Virus record (IMG/VR): IMGVR_UViG_3300024319_000011
DNA from: an uncultured virus (IMG/VR IMGVR_UViG_3300024319_000011)
Lineage: Duplodnaviria > Heunggongvirae > Uroviricota > Caudoviricetes
Direction: 5' to 3' (one strand)
Length of the DNA stretch: 64,000 bases
Every line of letters begins with the position of its first letter. The stretch's first letter is position 1. A program made the translations under genes and the position numbers. Under the pieces are notes generated by a model that was not told where the DNA came from, searched no databases, and saw nothing but the letters and a program-made list of their open reading frames with translations. This document shows, piece after piece, positions 20,213-30,335 of this stretch.

Positions 20213-20830
20213 ATGGCGGTTTCATCATTAACAAAAATGACTGTACCTTTAGCGAGCGATCAGAGTGCATCAACGCAAGGCTTATTGATGCCAAAACTCA
20301 AGTACCGCTTTAGAGCAGTATTTGAAAACTTAGGTGTTTCAACACCAAGAACAGAATTAACAAAACAAGTAATGGACTTTACTAGACCATCAGTTTCGTT
20401 TGAAGATATTACAATTGATCTTTATAACTCAAAAATGAGAATGGCAGGTAAACATACATGGGACGACGTAACAGTAAACTTCCGTGATGATGCAGGCGGC
20501 AACGTTGCAAAATTAATGGGCGAACAGTTACAGAAACAATTTGACTTTATGGAACAATCATCTGCTTCAGCAGGTATTGACTATAAATTTATTACACGTT
20601 GCGAAGTATTAGACGGTGGTAACGGTGCTAATGAACCAGTTGTTTTAGAAACATGGGAACTATATGGTTGTTACTTGACTTCAGTTAACTATAACGACTT
20701 AACATATACAGATTCAGCTCCAGCAACTGTAACAGCATCGATTAGATTTGATAATGCTATACAAACACCAATTGGTGACGGTGTAGGCACAGAAGTTGGT
20801 AGAGCACTAGGCACAGTAGTAACAGGTTAA
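20213..20830 (+). CDS. gp19: Tail tube protein
   Basis: Follows the sheath gene; AGKHTWDDVTVNFRDD and ETWELYGC motifs. Confidence 0.85.
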   Translation: MAVSSLTKMTVPLASDQSASTQGLLMPKLKYRFRAVFENLGVSTPRTELTKQVMDFTRPSVSFEDITIDLYNSKMRMAGKHTWDDVTVNFRDDAGGNVAKLMGEQLQKQFDFMEQSSASAGIDYKFITRCEVLDGGNGANEPVVLETWELYGCYLTSVNYNDLTYTDSAPATVTASIRFDNAIQTPIGDGVGTEVGRALGTVVTG

Positions 20831-20836
20831 TAGACT

Positions 20837-22561
20837 ATGGCAGGCTTCTTCGACAATGTTTTGAAGGGGTTCTTGGGTGGTGATTATCTAAAAGACTACA
20901 GGCACGCCAGCAAAACTTTTACATCTGCTGGATATGCCCTTGCACCTAGGTTAAAATACCTTTTCCATGTGTATTTCAATGTTAATACAACTGAGATACC
21001 TGGACTAACGAAACTCTTCGGCGCAAGAGATAGTTCGCGTGTCAGTGTGTTGACTAAATCTATTCAACTACCAAACTATACGTTTGATATTGAAACGATG
21101 AATCAATACAATAGAAAGCGTAACATCCAAACTAAAATTAACTACGAACCAGTACAAGTTGACTTCCATGATGATTCAAGTGATATTGTAAGATCATTAT
21201 GGTTTGCATACTACAACTATTTCTATAAAGATCCTGCTCAAGCCTACGGCGGAAATCAATCAACACAATCAACTAATCTATTATCAGGTACAGGCATTGG
21301 TGACTTTGTTAACGGTATACTTCCAATAAATACCGACGATATATTTGGTGGTATTCAAGGACCAGCAAGTCGCGGTAACCAAGCAGATCAAAATGCTAGA
21401 GATATATATGCTCCAGATAAAATAGGTAACGATTGGGGATATATAGGCGAAGGTGTTGGTGGAGCAATTGACAAGCCTCAGTTCTTTAGAGATATTACAA
21501 TATATGGATTTAATCAACATAGCTTTGTTTCTTACACATTAGTTAATCCAATTATTACAGACTTTAGACACGACACTTATGATTATTCAGCAGGTGGCGA
21601 TTCGATGTCAAACTCAATGACTATCAAATTTGAATCAGTAAAATATGGTAGTGGTGCTATTGGAAAAAGTCAAGTACCAGGATTCAATAGTTCAGAACAC
21701 TATGATACAGTGCCAAGTTCACTAAGCCGTCCAGGGACCACTAACTCCTTCTTTGGTCAGGGCGGAATATTAGATGCTGGTGTAGGTGCATTTGAAGATT
21801 TATCACAAGGTAATTTATTGGGTGCAGTAATTAAAGGTGGTTCTGCTGTTTATAATTACAGTAAGATAGATGATCCAAATGATACATTTAAAGAAGAGAT
21901 TAATGCTGAAGCTTCAAAAGAAATTAGAAAAGTAACAGGCAATCCAGCAACATCAGCAACAGTATTTCCTAGTCCTAGTACAAAAAAAGCTAAAACAAGA
22001 GCTCAAGTAATTGAAGAAAGTAGAGGGTCATTAGCACCATTGGCACAAAATGAGACACGTGTAAGAAATTCTGGAGCTACAAGTAACGGACAAAATGTTG
22101 GTGTTGCTGGTATTGGTGCTGTCAGTGTCGAAGCTGAATCAATTACATCTCAAGAAGAAATATTTAATCCGCCAGGGTGGCCTGTAGGAACTGTTTTAGA
22201 AAGAAGAACAACTCTTGAAGATGTTAGTTATGCTGGAGGAGTAGTGGTTGGTGCGGTAGCTGATAGCAATACAGCAGGAGGTGCTGGAGTCTCTGCACAA
22301 ACTGCAACTATAGGAAGAATGATAGTAACAGACGTTTATAGAAGACCTGATGGATCAGTATATAACTCAACTCCAGAAATTAGTACAGATATTACAAAGA
22401 GTAATGCAGAAGTTGTAGCTTTTGCAAATAGGAGCGGTGCCAAAATTAAACCAAAAATAGAAAAACCGTTGTCAGATTCTGGACTACGAACATCGCCAGC
22501 ACCAGTAGATAATCTAACCAGTAGTACAATTAGGGTTAAATATAGATATGAGTACAGTTAA
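20837..22561 (+). CDS. Baseplate tube-initiator/cap protein (gp54/gp48-like) with long C-terminal extension
   Basis: Tube-like motifs KSIQLPNYTF, NQYNRKR, INYEPVQVDFHDD, YTLVNPII. Confidence 0.6.
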   Translation: MAGFFDNVLKGFLGGDYLKDYRHASKTFTSAGYALAPRLKYLFHVYFNVNTTEIPGLTKLFGARDSSRVSVLTKSIQLPNYTFDIETMNQYNRKRNIQTKINYEPVQVDFHDDSSDIVRSLWFAYYNYFYKDPAQAYGGNQSTQSTNLLSGTGIGDFVNGILPINTDDIFGGIQGPASRGNQADQNARDIYAPDKIGNDWGYIGEGVGGAIDKPQFFRDITIYGFNQHSFVSYTLVNPIITDFRHDTYDYSAGGDSMSNSMTIKFESVKYGSGAIGKSQVPGFNSSEHYDTVPSSLSRPGTTNSFFGQGGILDAGVGAFEDLSQGNLLGAVIKGGSAVYNYSKIDDPNDTFKEEINAEASKEIRKVTGNPATSATVFPSPSTKKAKTRAQVIEESRGSLAPLAQNETRVRNSGATSNGQNVGVAGIGAVSVEAESITSQEEIFNPPGWPVGTVLERRTTLEDVSYAGGVVVGAVADSNTAGGAGVSAQTATIGRMIVTDVYRRPDGSVYNSTPEISTDITKSNAEVVAFANRSGAKIKPKIEKPLSDSGLRTSPAPVDNLTSSTIRVKYRYEYS

Positions 22562-22907
22562 CATTAAAAAGTCAGACACTGATGCATCTATAATAATCTT
22601 TGACAGCTTCTATAAAAGAGAAATTAAAGTAGATATTAACGAGTATGATCTTATTAGAGCATATTTTTTAGATCTATATCAAAATCCAAATATTGCAGAT
22701 GACTTTACAGGAGTAGTATTTCAAATTGCTACAGGGTATGAAAAGTCTGCATTAGACATACTTGAGGAAATGAAAGGTCAAGATGGTGTTTCTGTAAATG
22801 CTACTATTGCTTACTATCTTAATGGTTTAAGATCAAAAGCAACATTGTTAGGCGTTACAAATGTACAACAACCAAATATCTATGCCGCAAGAAACGTGCA
22901 GGTGTAG
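22548..22907 (+). CDS. Hypothetical protein (tail/baseplate region)
   Basis: 119-aa ORF within the structural operon. Confidence 0.6.
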   Translation: MSTVNIKKSDTDASIIIFDSFYKREIKVDINEYDLIRAYFLDLYQNPNIADDFTGVVFQIATGYEKSALDILEEMKGQDGVSVNATIAYYLNGLRSKATLLGVTNVQQPNIYAARNVQV

Positions 22908-22910
22908 CTA

Positions 22911-23345
22911 ATGGCTAGATTTCACAAAGGTAAGTTCACTGTAAAAAATCCAGAAAAATTTGTAGGAAGTAAAGCACCAACCTATCGATCTAGTTGGGAA
23001 AGTGCATTTATGCAATTTTGTGATTCGCATCCTAGCGTAGTCAAGTGGGCAAGTGAATGTGTTAAGATCCCTTACAAACACCCGTTCACAGGTAAAAATA
23101 CAAATTACATTCCTGACTTTTTAGTCCAGTACCAAGACAAAACAGGTAAATTAATAACAGAGCTGGTAGAAATTAAACCTAAAAATCAAAGTATAATTGA
23201 AAGTAAAAATCAAAATCGTAGGCTAGCAGAAACAGTAGCAATTAATCATGCTAAATGGGAACAAGCAATGCGATGGTGTAAACAAAACGGACTACGGTTT
23301 AGAGTAGTTACAGAAGAAGATATATTTAGAAGTGGGGCAAGATAA
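22911..23345 (+). CDS. gp4: Head completion nuclease (T4 gp4-like, TnsA-type PD-(D/E)XK)
   Basis: YRSSWE, WASE, IPY, YIPDF, EIKP, NHAKW motifs. Confidence 0.9.
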   Translation: MARFHKGKFTVKNPEKFVGSKAPTYRSSWESAFMQFCDSHPSVVKWASECVKIPYKHPFTGKNTNYIPDFLVQYQDKTGKLITELVEIKPKNQSIIESKNQNRRLAETVAINHAKWEQAMRWCKQNGLRFRVVTEEDIFRSGAR

Positions 23346-23857
23346 TGACAAAGAAACTAGAAGAAATATTTAACTTAGATCCTAAAGACAAAGAAGAGGT
23401 TGATGTTACAGAACCTTTGCCTCAAGAAACAAAGGCTAAGCCACAGTTACCACAAGAAACATTAACTAACATAGAAAAAATTGAAGATGCACTTCCAAGT
23501 GTTAGAGGACTAGAAGCTGGCGACAATGAAATGGATGACCTAGCAGATATGGCTAAAAATTCATACAAAGACTTAATGGACTTAGGTATGAATGTAGACT
23601 CACGCTTTTCATCAGAGATATTTGGTGTTGCTAGTGGACTACTAGGACACGCTATTACAGCAAAAACTGCTAAAATAAACAAAAAGTTACGTATGGTTGA
23701 TCTACAACTTAAGAAAGCACAACTAGATCAAAAAGAAAGACAACTGCAAGATAAAAGAAACGAAACAGATGATGTTGAACAAGGAGAAGGAATGGTCCTT
23801 GATCGAAATGAACTGCTAAAAGAATTACTAAAAAAAGATACACCAAAAGATGAGTAG
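23345..23857 (+). CDS. Terminase small subunit (T4 gp16-like)
   Basis: Helical YKDLMDLGMNVDSRFSSEIFGVA core followed by a coiled coil; next to gp4. Confidence 0.6.
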   Translation: MTKKLEEIFNLDPKDKEEVDVTEPLPQETKAKPQLPQETLTNIEKIEDALPSVRGLEAGDNEMDDLADMAKNSYKDLMDLGMNVDSRFSSEIFGVASGLLGHAITAKTAKINKKLRMVDLQLKKAQLDQKERQLQDKRNETDDVEQGEGMVLDRNELLKELLKKDTPKDE

Positions 23858-23891
23858 TAGCATAAATACTACCATAGGGGAATAAAAAAAT

Positions 23892-24482
23892 ATGAAAACA
23901 TTTACACAATATTTAACAGAGTCAGCTCAAACTTACTCTTACAAAATTAAAGTAGCAGGAGGCTGTGATGCTGACTGTATTAAACATTTAGAAGAACAAT
24001 TAGGGCGTTATGACATTATTAAAATGACTGAGCCTAAAACAACTCCAGTTATGGAAGATCCATTAGATTTTCCAGGTGTTAAAAACATGGAAGTTTGTAT
24101 GTTTGAAGTTGAATTAAATTATCCAGCAAGCCAGCAAGAACTATTTCAAATGATTGAAGCATGCACACGTAAGCCACAATCACAAATTAAAATTGTTACT
24201 TCGGCATTTGCAGATGGATGGGAAAACAATGAAGGTGCAGAAGCTGAAGAAGCTCCTTTACTAGAAAAAGATTACCCAGAAGAAACTAAAGAACAAAAAG
24301 AAGCAAAAGAAAAACATGCTAAACCAGAAGATCATATTGAAAATCCAGGTGATGCTAAATTTGAAGTAGCAGGAGGCGAAACCCCTAAAGCTGAATCTAC
24401 TAACGACTTACCGATGGGCGATAAGAGTCCAGTGGGTAGTACTGAAAACAAAAAGCCAGAGCCTAAAAGCTCAGCTAGATAA
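23892..24482 (+). CDS. Putative internal head/prohead core protein
   Basis: MKTFTQYLTE N-terminus closely resembles the T4 capsid-targeting sequence; CATAAATA at 23861. Confidence 0.6.
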   Translation: MKTFTQYLTESAQTYSYKIKVAGGCDADCIKHLEEQLGRYDIIKMTEPKTTPVMEDPLDFPGVKNMEVCMFEVELNYPASQQELFQMIEACTRKPQSQIKIVTSAFADGWENNEGAEAEEAPLLEKDYPEETKEQKEAKEKHAKPEDHIENPGDAKFEVAGGETPKAESTNDLPMGDKSPVGSTENKKPEPKSSAR

Positions 24483-24496
24483 TAGGACTAAACATT

Positions 24497-25804
24497 ATGG
24501 ACATGCAAAACGTATTAGATAAATTAAAGCAGATTGAAACTCCGACTGAAGATCAAACAGCGGCTATTAAATCAGCAGAAGCAATGACTACTGCACCAGC
24601 AGAAGCAGTTGCTGAACAAACTCCAGCAGTAACAGCAGAAAGTACATACACAGAATATACTCCAACATCAACTCCACAAGACATTGCTAAACTAGCAGGT
24701 GTTGATACAATAGCAGTAGTTGGTGATACTTTAACAACAAACGAGTCAGTAGAAACAAAAGAAGAAGTTATTACTGAAGCTCAAAGTCCTGCACAGAAAG
24801 CGGCATTTCAAAAAATGCTAGATGCTAAAAAAGACAAAAAAGAAGATAAAGAAGAAGTAGAAGAAGTTAAAGAAGAAATTGAAGTACATGAGGACGATGC
24901 ACAAGAAGTTGTTGCTGAAGGACCTACTAGAAAAGACTTCCAAATGGTAGCTGACTTACTTAAAGATAATCCAGATATGGCTGATCGTACAGCTAAAGCA
25001 AAAGACTACTGTAATAAATTTAAGGCAATGAATCCACGTTTTGACAAAGAAAGATTTATGAAAGCGTGTGGTGTTGAAGAAGCATATGAGTCAATTGAAG
25101 AAGCATATAGCCCAGAACATGTTGCTGACATTATTAAAAAACATGAAGAAGCTGGTCACCAAGTTGAAATGGATCCGTACAAAGATGATGAAGCAGGATT
25201 TACTGTTACATTCTTAGACGGTAAACGTAGACATTACAAATATACAGACACAGGGTCAAAAGTTACTTCACTAGAACCAGTTGATCCATTAGTAGATCCA
25301 AACGCACCAAAGCGTGGTCGTGGTCGTCCTGCTAAAGAAGCTGTTGAAGAAACAGAAGTAGATGAACTAACAAGAGCGTTTGAATCAAAGCTAGCTGAAG
25401 AACTTCCAGAAGAGGAAGTAGTTACAGAAGAAGCAGAACAGGTTAATGAAAGTGTTCAAGTAACACAAACAATCAATGATGAAGGCCAAGAGTCAGTTAA
25501 TATTAATGCTCAAGGTGATCATGTTGATATGGTTAAACAAATGATGCAACTAGCTGGTCAACCACAAGGTTATGAAGAATACAAAGGTGAAGAAGAGCCA
25601 GAAGCTGAAGAAGCTAATGAAGAACTAGCTAATTCACCTAACCCACAAACAACTGATGTTGATACGCAGTTAAACAAACAGTCAGGTGGTTTAAATGGAC
25701 CTAAAGATAAGTCAGCATTAAAAGGTAATTCATTTCCTTTGCATGACAGCAAAGAACTAGAAGAAAGCCTAACAGACTTATATAAAGAATACAAAGGCGA
25801 GTAA
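24497..25804 (+). CDS. Acidic prohead core/scaffold-like protein with AT-hook-like motif
   Basis: Very Glu-rich with many xTE/xNE sites; PKRGRGRPAK. Confidence 0.55.
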   Translation: MDMQNVLDKLKQIETPTEDQTAAIKSAEAMTTAPAEAVAEQTPAVTAESTYTEYTPTSTPQDIAKLAGVDTIAVVGDTLTTNESVETKEEVITEAQSPAQKAAFQKMLDAKKDKKEDKEEVEEVKEEIEVHEDDAQEVVAEGPTRKDFQMVADLLKDNPDMADRTAKAKDYCNKFKAMNPRFDKERFMKACGVEEAYESIEEAYSPEHVADIIKKHEEAGHQVEMDPYKDDEAGFTVTFLDGKRRHYKYTDTGSKVTSLEPVDPLVDPNAPKRGRGRPAKEAVEETEVDELTRAFESKLAEELPEEEVVTEEAEQVNESVQVTQTINDEGQESVNINAQGDHVDMVKQMMQLAGQPQGYEEYKGEEEPEAEEANEELANSPNPQTTDVDTQLNKQSGGLNGPKDKSALKGNSFPLHDSKELEESLTDLYKEYKGE

Positions 25805-25805
25805 T

Positions 25806-26360
25806 ATGCGTATTGGTGAAATAACCAAAGACGTCATCAAAGAATCAATAGAATGGCACTTGACAAACCAAGTGCCTTTTTTTGAAAGCGTATTTAGAGC
25901 AGGTAGCGAAAACTACTACAAGCTATTTAATAATGTTAGACAACAGTACAACGAAGGTAGTATTGAATTAACAGCATTAGATCGTGCATTAATTACTGAA
26001 ACAGACATTGGTCAATTTGATATGTATGAAGGACAACGTGTTCCTCTAGATAGCCCAATGCAAGAAGCAGAGTACCAAGGAAGAGATGTAGATCTTAACA
26101 AACCTAAACGTGGTGGTAGACGTAAGTATCAAGTGTACGTTAAAGACCCTAAAACAGGTAATGTTAAGAAAGTTTCATTTGGTGATAACGTTACAGGGCT
26201 AACTGCAAAAATAAGCGACCCAGAAGCACGCAAGAATTTTGCCGCCAGACATAGATGCGACACTAAAAAAGATAAAACCAAAGCAGGTTATTGGAGTTGT
26301 AATCTTCCAAGATATGCTAAAAGTTTAGGATTAAGTGGTGGCGGAAATTTCTACTGGTAA
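25806..26360 (+). CDS. Putative internal head protein with basic C-terminal domain
   Basis: EAEYQGR...VYVKDPKTGNVKKVSFG...FAARHRC...AGYWSC. Confidence 0.6.
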   Translation: MRIGEITKDVIKESIEWHLTNQVPFFESVFRAGSENYYKLFNNVRQQYNEGSIELTALDRALITETDIGQFDMYEGQRVPLDSPMQEAEYQGRDVDLNKPKRGGRRKYQVYVKDPKTGNVKKVSFGDNVTGLTAKISDPEARKNFAARHRCDTKKDKTKAGYWSCNLPRYAKSLGLSGGGNFYW

Positions 26361-26628
26361 AGACAATCCATATTTTGAAGTCGACTTAGGCAATGTAAAG
26401 TATAGACGCTTTGAAGAAACAGTTGATGATCAAGAGTTAGTATGGCATCGCGATAAAAATGATAGAAGAATAGTAGTTAAAGAAGGTAAAGGGTGGAAGT
26501 TACAGTTTGATAATGAACTACCAGAAGAATTAGTTAATGGACAAAGCTACTTTATACAAGCAGAAGAGTATCATAGACTAATAAAAGGCCAAGGCCAATT
26601 AATTATAGAAGTCACTGAAGAAATATGA
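26335..26628 (+). CDS. Cupin-like protein
   Basis: LVWHRD...EGKGW...FIQAEEYHRLIKG two-His cupin pattern. Confidence 0.55.
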   Translation: MVAEISTGKDNPYFEVDLGNVKYRRFEETVDDQELVWHRDKNDRRIVVKEGKGWKLQFDNELPEELVNGQSYFIQAEEYHRLIKGQGQLIIEVTEEI

Positions 26629-26984
26629 AAGCAAAAGAATTTGTTACTGAGAAAAGAAACACACCAGGTAAACCAATATCTACACATGCCGCGGCTAGTC
26701 CAGGAGCAATGACTGCAATGAACGCAGATAGATACTATGGTCTTTACCGTGCTAGTATGCTTATGGGAAGATATCCTGAGGCAATGGATGATATTGATTC
26801 AGAATCAATGATGGGAAATAAGTTTTTTATTGGAACATATACAGAAGAAGAAAAGAAAATGTATCTTGCGGCCTGCGAAGCATTAGGCATTGACTGTCAT
26901 GAAATGATTAAAGGCCCTAGTGCTGAACCAGAAGATACAAACACTCAATCAACAATACAACCTTTTAAAGGATACCCTAGATAA
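26625..26984 (+). CDS. Putative internal head protein
   Basis: MKAKEFVTE N-terminus. Confidence 0.55.
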   Translation: MKAKEFVTEKRNTPGKPISTHAAASPGAMTAMNADRYYGLYRASMLMGRYPEAMDDIDSESMMGNKFFIGTYTEEEKKMYLAACEALGIDCHEMIKGPSAEPEDTNTQSTIQPFKGYPR

Positions 26985-27130
26985 TGAGCAAATGTGCAAA
27001 CTGTGGATGTGGATGCCATTGCGGTCAATCATGTACAGAGTGTTATGACTGTCCTGATTGTAATTGCAAAAGTGCATTGGTAGAAGATGTACAAGTTGTA
27101 GATCACATGTTAGCAGATATAAGAGATTAA
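26984..27130 (+). CDS. Metallothionein-like Cys-rich peptide (48 aa; absent from the ORF track)
   Basis: MSKCANCGCGCHCGQSCTECYDCPDCNCKSALVEDVQVVDHMLADIRD; ATG overlaps the upstream TAA and its stop lies 1 nt before the next ATG. Confidence 0.75.
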   Translation: MSKCANCGCGCHCGQSCTECYDCPDCNCKSALVEDVQVVDHMLADIRD

Positions 27131-27131
27131 C

Positions 27132-27590
27132 ATGTACGAATATGCAGTAACAATTAAAAGAGTAGTAGATGGCGACACTGTCGATGTAGACATTGACCTA
27201 GGCTTTGGCGTAGTATTAGTTAAAGAACGTGTTCGCATAATGGGCATTGACACACCAGAAAGTCGCACAAGAGACAAAGTAGAAAAAGTATTTGGGTTAG
27301 CCGCAAAGGATAAACTTAAATCATTGCTAGGTAAAAAATCAGTTCTAAAGTGTAAGAAGTATGATGCCAAAGGTAAGTTTGGACGTATATTGGGTGACTT
27401 TATAACCAATGACGGCAACATGGCAACAGATGTTATGATTGAATCTGGACATTGTGTAGCATACTTTGGTGGATCAAAAAACGAAGTTGAAGCAAAGCAT
27501 TTAGTTAATAGAGAAAAACTTCTACGTGAAGGTGCTATTAACATGAAAGACTATAACAAAGCTGTTAAGCTAATGGAAAAGAAAAAATGA
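27132..27590 (+). CDS. Thermonuclease (SNase-like)
   Basis: RVVDGDTVDV, VRIMGIDTPE, GKFGRILG. Confidence 0.9.
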   Translation: MYEYAVTIKRVVDGDTVDVDIDLGFGVVLVKERVRIMGIDTPESRTRDKVEKVFGLAAKDKLKSLLGKKSVLKCKKYDAKGKFGRILGDFITNDGNMATDVMIESGHCVAYFGGSKNEVEAKHLVNREKLLREGAINMKDYNKAVKLMEKKK

Positions 27591-28144
27591 AGTTTACTGA
27601 ATTTCAAGAAGGCAAATACAGAGACAATGACGTAGAAGAATTTGTTCCTAATGACGAGCAACTTGACAAAATTAAAAACAAGTTTCTTCCTGATTGGGAA
27701 ATGTTAGATCATAGAATAATACAAACAATGTATGTTTGCCAAGATCACAGACAAGCAGAAGAAATGATAGGCTTTATTAATGACCTATCTGAGAAAATGG
27801 ATCACTTTGCAGAAGTAACACAAGATGTTACAGAAGTTAAAGTAAAGACGTCTACGTTTGACGTTAAGGGTCTTACAGTGCTTGATTTCCAACTAGCTAT
27901 GTCAATAGACGCTTGGGCTGAAGAAAAAGGCATTAAACAGGCATCTACGTCAGGTAACTTTGGTATGCACGAAGATCAAGGCTTAACAGAAGCACAGTTT
28001 GATGAAGCGGCTGGAAAGAAAGATGCTTGCTATCACAAAGTAAAATCAAGATACAAAGTATGGCCTAGTGCATATGCTAGTGGTGCGTTAGTTAAGTGCC
28101 GTAAAGTAGGTGCTAAGAACTGGGGCAACAGCAAGAAGAAATGA
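27587..28144 (+). CDS. Pterin-4a-carbinolamine dehydratase-like domain fused to a basic C-terminal module
   Basis: W...SEKMDHFAE...KTSTFDVKGLTVLDFQLA follows the PCD pattern; MKFTEFQE start; C-terminal DACYHKVKSRYKVWPSAYASGALVKCRK. Confidence 0.6.
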   Translation: MKFTEFQEGKYRDNDVEEFVPNDEQLDKIKNKFLPDWEMLDHRIIQTMYVCQDHRQAEEMIGFINDLSEKMDHFAEVTQDVTEVKVKTSTFDVKGLTVLDFQLAMSIDAWAEEKGIKQASTSGNFGMHEDQGLTEAQFDEAAGKKDACYHKVKSRYKVWPSAYASGALVKCRKVGAKNWGNSKKK

Positions 28145-28530
28145 GAGCTAGTGACTTCATAACAGAACTTAATTGTCAGTATGGTGAATACTATTGTTCC
28201 CATGACAAGAAAATGAAGTGTCGCAAAACTCCTAAAAAATCAAGAACAACAGAAGATCTACGTGCTTGGTTTGGCAAAGGTAAAAAAGGTGGAGCAGGAG
28301 GAGGCGGCTGGGACCGCTATAACACTAAAGGCGAACGTATAGGTAAATGTGGAGATGCCGGAGAAGGAGAAGGCAAACCTAAATGTTTATCAAAGTCTAA
28401 AGCGGCTAGTTTAAGAGCCAAAGGCGGTAAAAAAGCAATAGCACAAGCAGTAAATAGAAAACGCAGACAGGATCCAAAGAAAGATAGGAAAGGCTCTGCT
28501 AAGAACGTCACAAACAAATATAAAAAATAA
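28141..28530 (+). CDS. Basic putative internal head protein
   Basis: MRASDFITE start; EDLRAWFGKG...PKCL...RKR. Confidence 0.6.
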   Translation: MRASDFITELNCQYGEYYCSHDKKMKCRKTPKKSRTTEDLRAWFGKGKKGGAGGGGWDRYNTKGERIGKCGDAGEGEGKPKCLSKSKAASLRAKGGKKAIAQAVNRKRRQDPKKDRKGSAKNVTNKYKK

Positions 28531-28557
28531 TTCCAACACAATCTGATAAATAGTTAT

Positions 28558-28809
28558 ATGGCACTTACACTATCATCATCAGACCCTGATCAGTCTGCAT
28601 TGAACAGACCAAACGATCCAAGAGATCCGAATGGTATAGCTCATGCGACTAATACAGTTACTCCTGCAGATACAAAAGCAGATAGAGCCACAACCAAGTT
28701 AGCTTATGCAACATGGTTAGCTACTTGGAAAACTAATTCGGGTGGAGATGCAAGTTACGAAGAAGAATTTACTGAGGCAGGCTCAGGAATAACATATGCG
28801 GATGATTAG
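28558..28809 (+). CDS. Hypothetical late protein
   Basis: TAAATA-N5-ATG start. Confidence 0.6.
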   Translation: MALTLSSSDPDQSALNRPNDPRDPNGIAHATNTVTPADTKADRATTKLAYATWLATWKTNSGGDASYEEEFTEAGSGITYADD

Positions 28810-28811
28810 AT

Positions 28812-29672
28812 ATGGCAGATAGAGAAAATACAACCAGTTATGTACACCCACAAGAAACTAACTTATTAAACCTACATAAGGCTATGGAGTATGATTCTGC
28901 TGGTCAACCAGTAGTACGTACAACAGGTAACTATTATGATTGGTCAATTGATTTATCAGCAGGAAACTTAGATGGTGTTGGATACATTGAAAAGTTTGGA
29001 CGTAATGCCACAATGTCAGCAAACATTGAAACTATTTGGGACGGCAGTGACTTATATGAATACCTAGGAACAGCAAGTTCAGTTTATGTTACATCAAGTG
29101 ATGGAGACGACAATCCCACTGGTAACGGCGCTAGAACTGTAACAGTTGAAGGACTTGATGCTACATACAATGAAATATCTGAAGAAGTTAACGTAGATGA
29201 CGGGGCCAGCACTGCTGAATTCTTAAGAGTATTTCGTGTTACTACAAAAACAACAGGTAGCACAGGACAAGCAGAAGGTGTTATATCAGTTCGCTCAGCT
29301 ACAGGCGGTGGCGGAGTTTTACTAGCACAGATACAAAAAGTTGGCACAGGTGGCGGTAGTAGTCTAGGACAAACATTTATGGCATTGTACACAGTGCCAG
29401 CAGGTAAGACAGCATATATAACACAATGGATAGTAGGTGCCGGTGCTCAGAACGCAGACACCACAGCACTTTTAACATCCAGACAATTTGGTGATGGTGG
29501 ATTTAATGCCAAAGACATTATCATATCAGCAGGACAACAGTTTGCCAAAGACTATAAAATTCCTTTACAGTTTCTAGAAAAAACTGACATTGAAGTGCGA
29601 GGATTTACTAGTTCAGCAGGTAACGACTGTTCGTCAACTTTTAACATAATACTGATAGACAACCCAGCGTAA
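28812..29672 (+). CDS. Putative virion structural protein
   Basis: Gly/Thr-rich beta-type composition; GQTFMALYTVPAGKTAYI, EKTDIEVR. Confidence 0.55.
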   Translation: MADRENTTSYVHPQETNLLNLHKAMEYDSAGQPVVRTTGNYYDWSIDLSAGNLDGVGYIEKFGRNATMSANIETIWDGSDLYEYLGTASSVYVTSSDGDDNPTGNGARTVTVEGLDATYNEISEEVNVDDGASTAEFLRVFRVTTKTTGSTGQAEGVISVRSATGGGGVLLAQIQKVGTGGGSSLGQTFMALYTVPAGKTAYITQWIVGAGAQNADTTALLTSRQFGDGGFNAKDIIISAGQQFAKDYKIPLQFLEKTDIEVRGFTSSAGNDCSSTFNIILIDNPA

Positions 29673-30289
29673 TGTTTCAACGTATTGATGTTCCATTAGT
29701 ACGCAATCCTAGATGCCAACAAGCTGTTGACGGACTTACAGCCAAAGACTTTCGTTATTACGACAAAGATGGCTTTGAGCTATGTCAAGCAGAACAACGC
29801 TACTACGAAGCGGAAAACCACCCTATAGAGCAACCTATACTTAATCATAGACTATGGCAAGAAGAATGGATGACCATTGATCATGATAGACTACACTTTG
29901 ATCATGCTATGATCTTACACCGTTGTTCATATGAAGGGCAAGCTCGAGAACAACTCCAAGAACTAAAATCAACTATACCACAAGCAGACTTATTGTTGCG
30001 TACTAAACCACAGTGGGGCTACGACTTTGATTTAGACTACATTACTGAAAGCGGTGAAATCTTTGAAGTGTTACATATTGAATGTGACTTCAACGACTTT
30101 GATGAGTTTCAAGATAAGTTATATAAATTTGAAGATCGTATAGAACGTATAGACTTTGAAGAAGCGGCCAGGTCGATATGGCGTGAAAGAGACCAATGGC
30201 AACACCTCAAAGCATTCACACAAAATGACTGGAAAGCTAACCACTTATTAGGTTGGGAAAAATCTGAGTATACAGAAAAAGCCTTATAA
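29672..30289 (+). CDS. Hypothetical protein
   Basis: 205-aa translationally coupled ORF. Confidence 0.65.
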   Translation: MFQRIDVPLVRNPRCQQAVDGLTAKDFRYYDKDGFELCQAEQRYYEAENHPIEQPILNHRLWQEEWMTIDHDRLHFDHAMILHRCSYEGQAREQLQELKSTIPQADLLLRTKPQWGYDFDLDYITESGEIFEVLHIECDFNDFDEFQDKLYKFEDRIERIDFEEAARSIWRERDQWQHLKAFTQNDWKANHLLGWEKSEYTEKAL

Positions 30290-30335
30290 GTAATACAAAC
30301 AATACAACAAACAAGCAACTATAAGGACATGCTCA

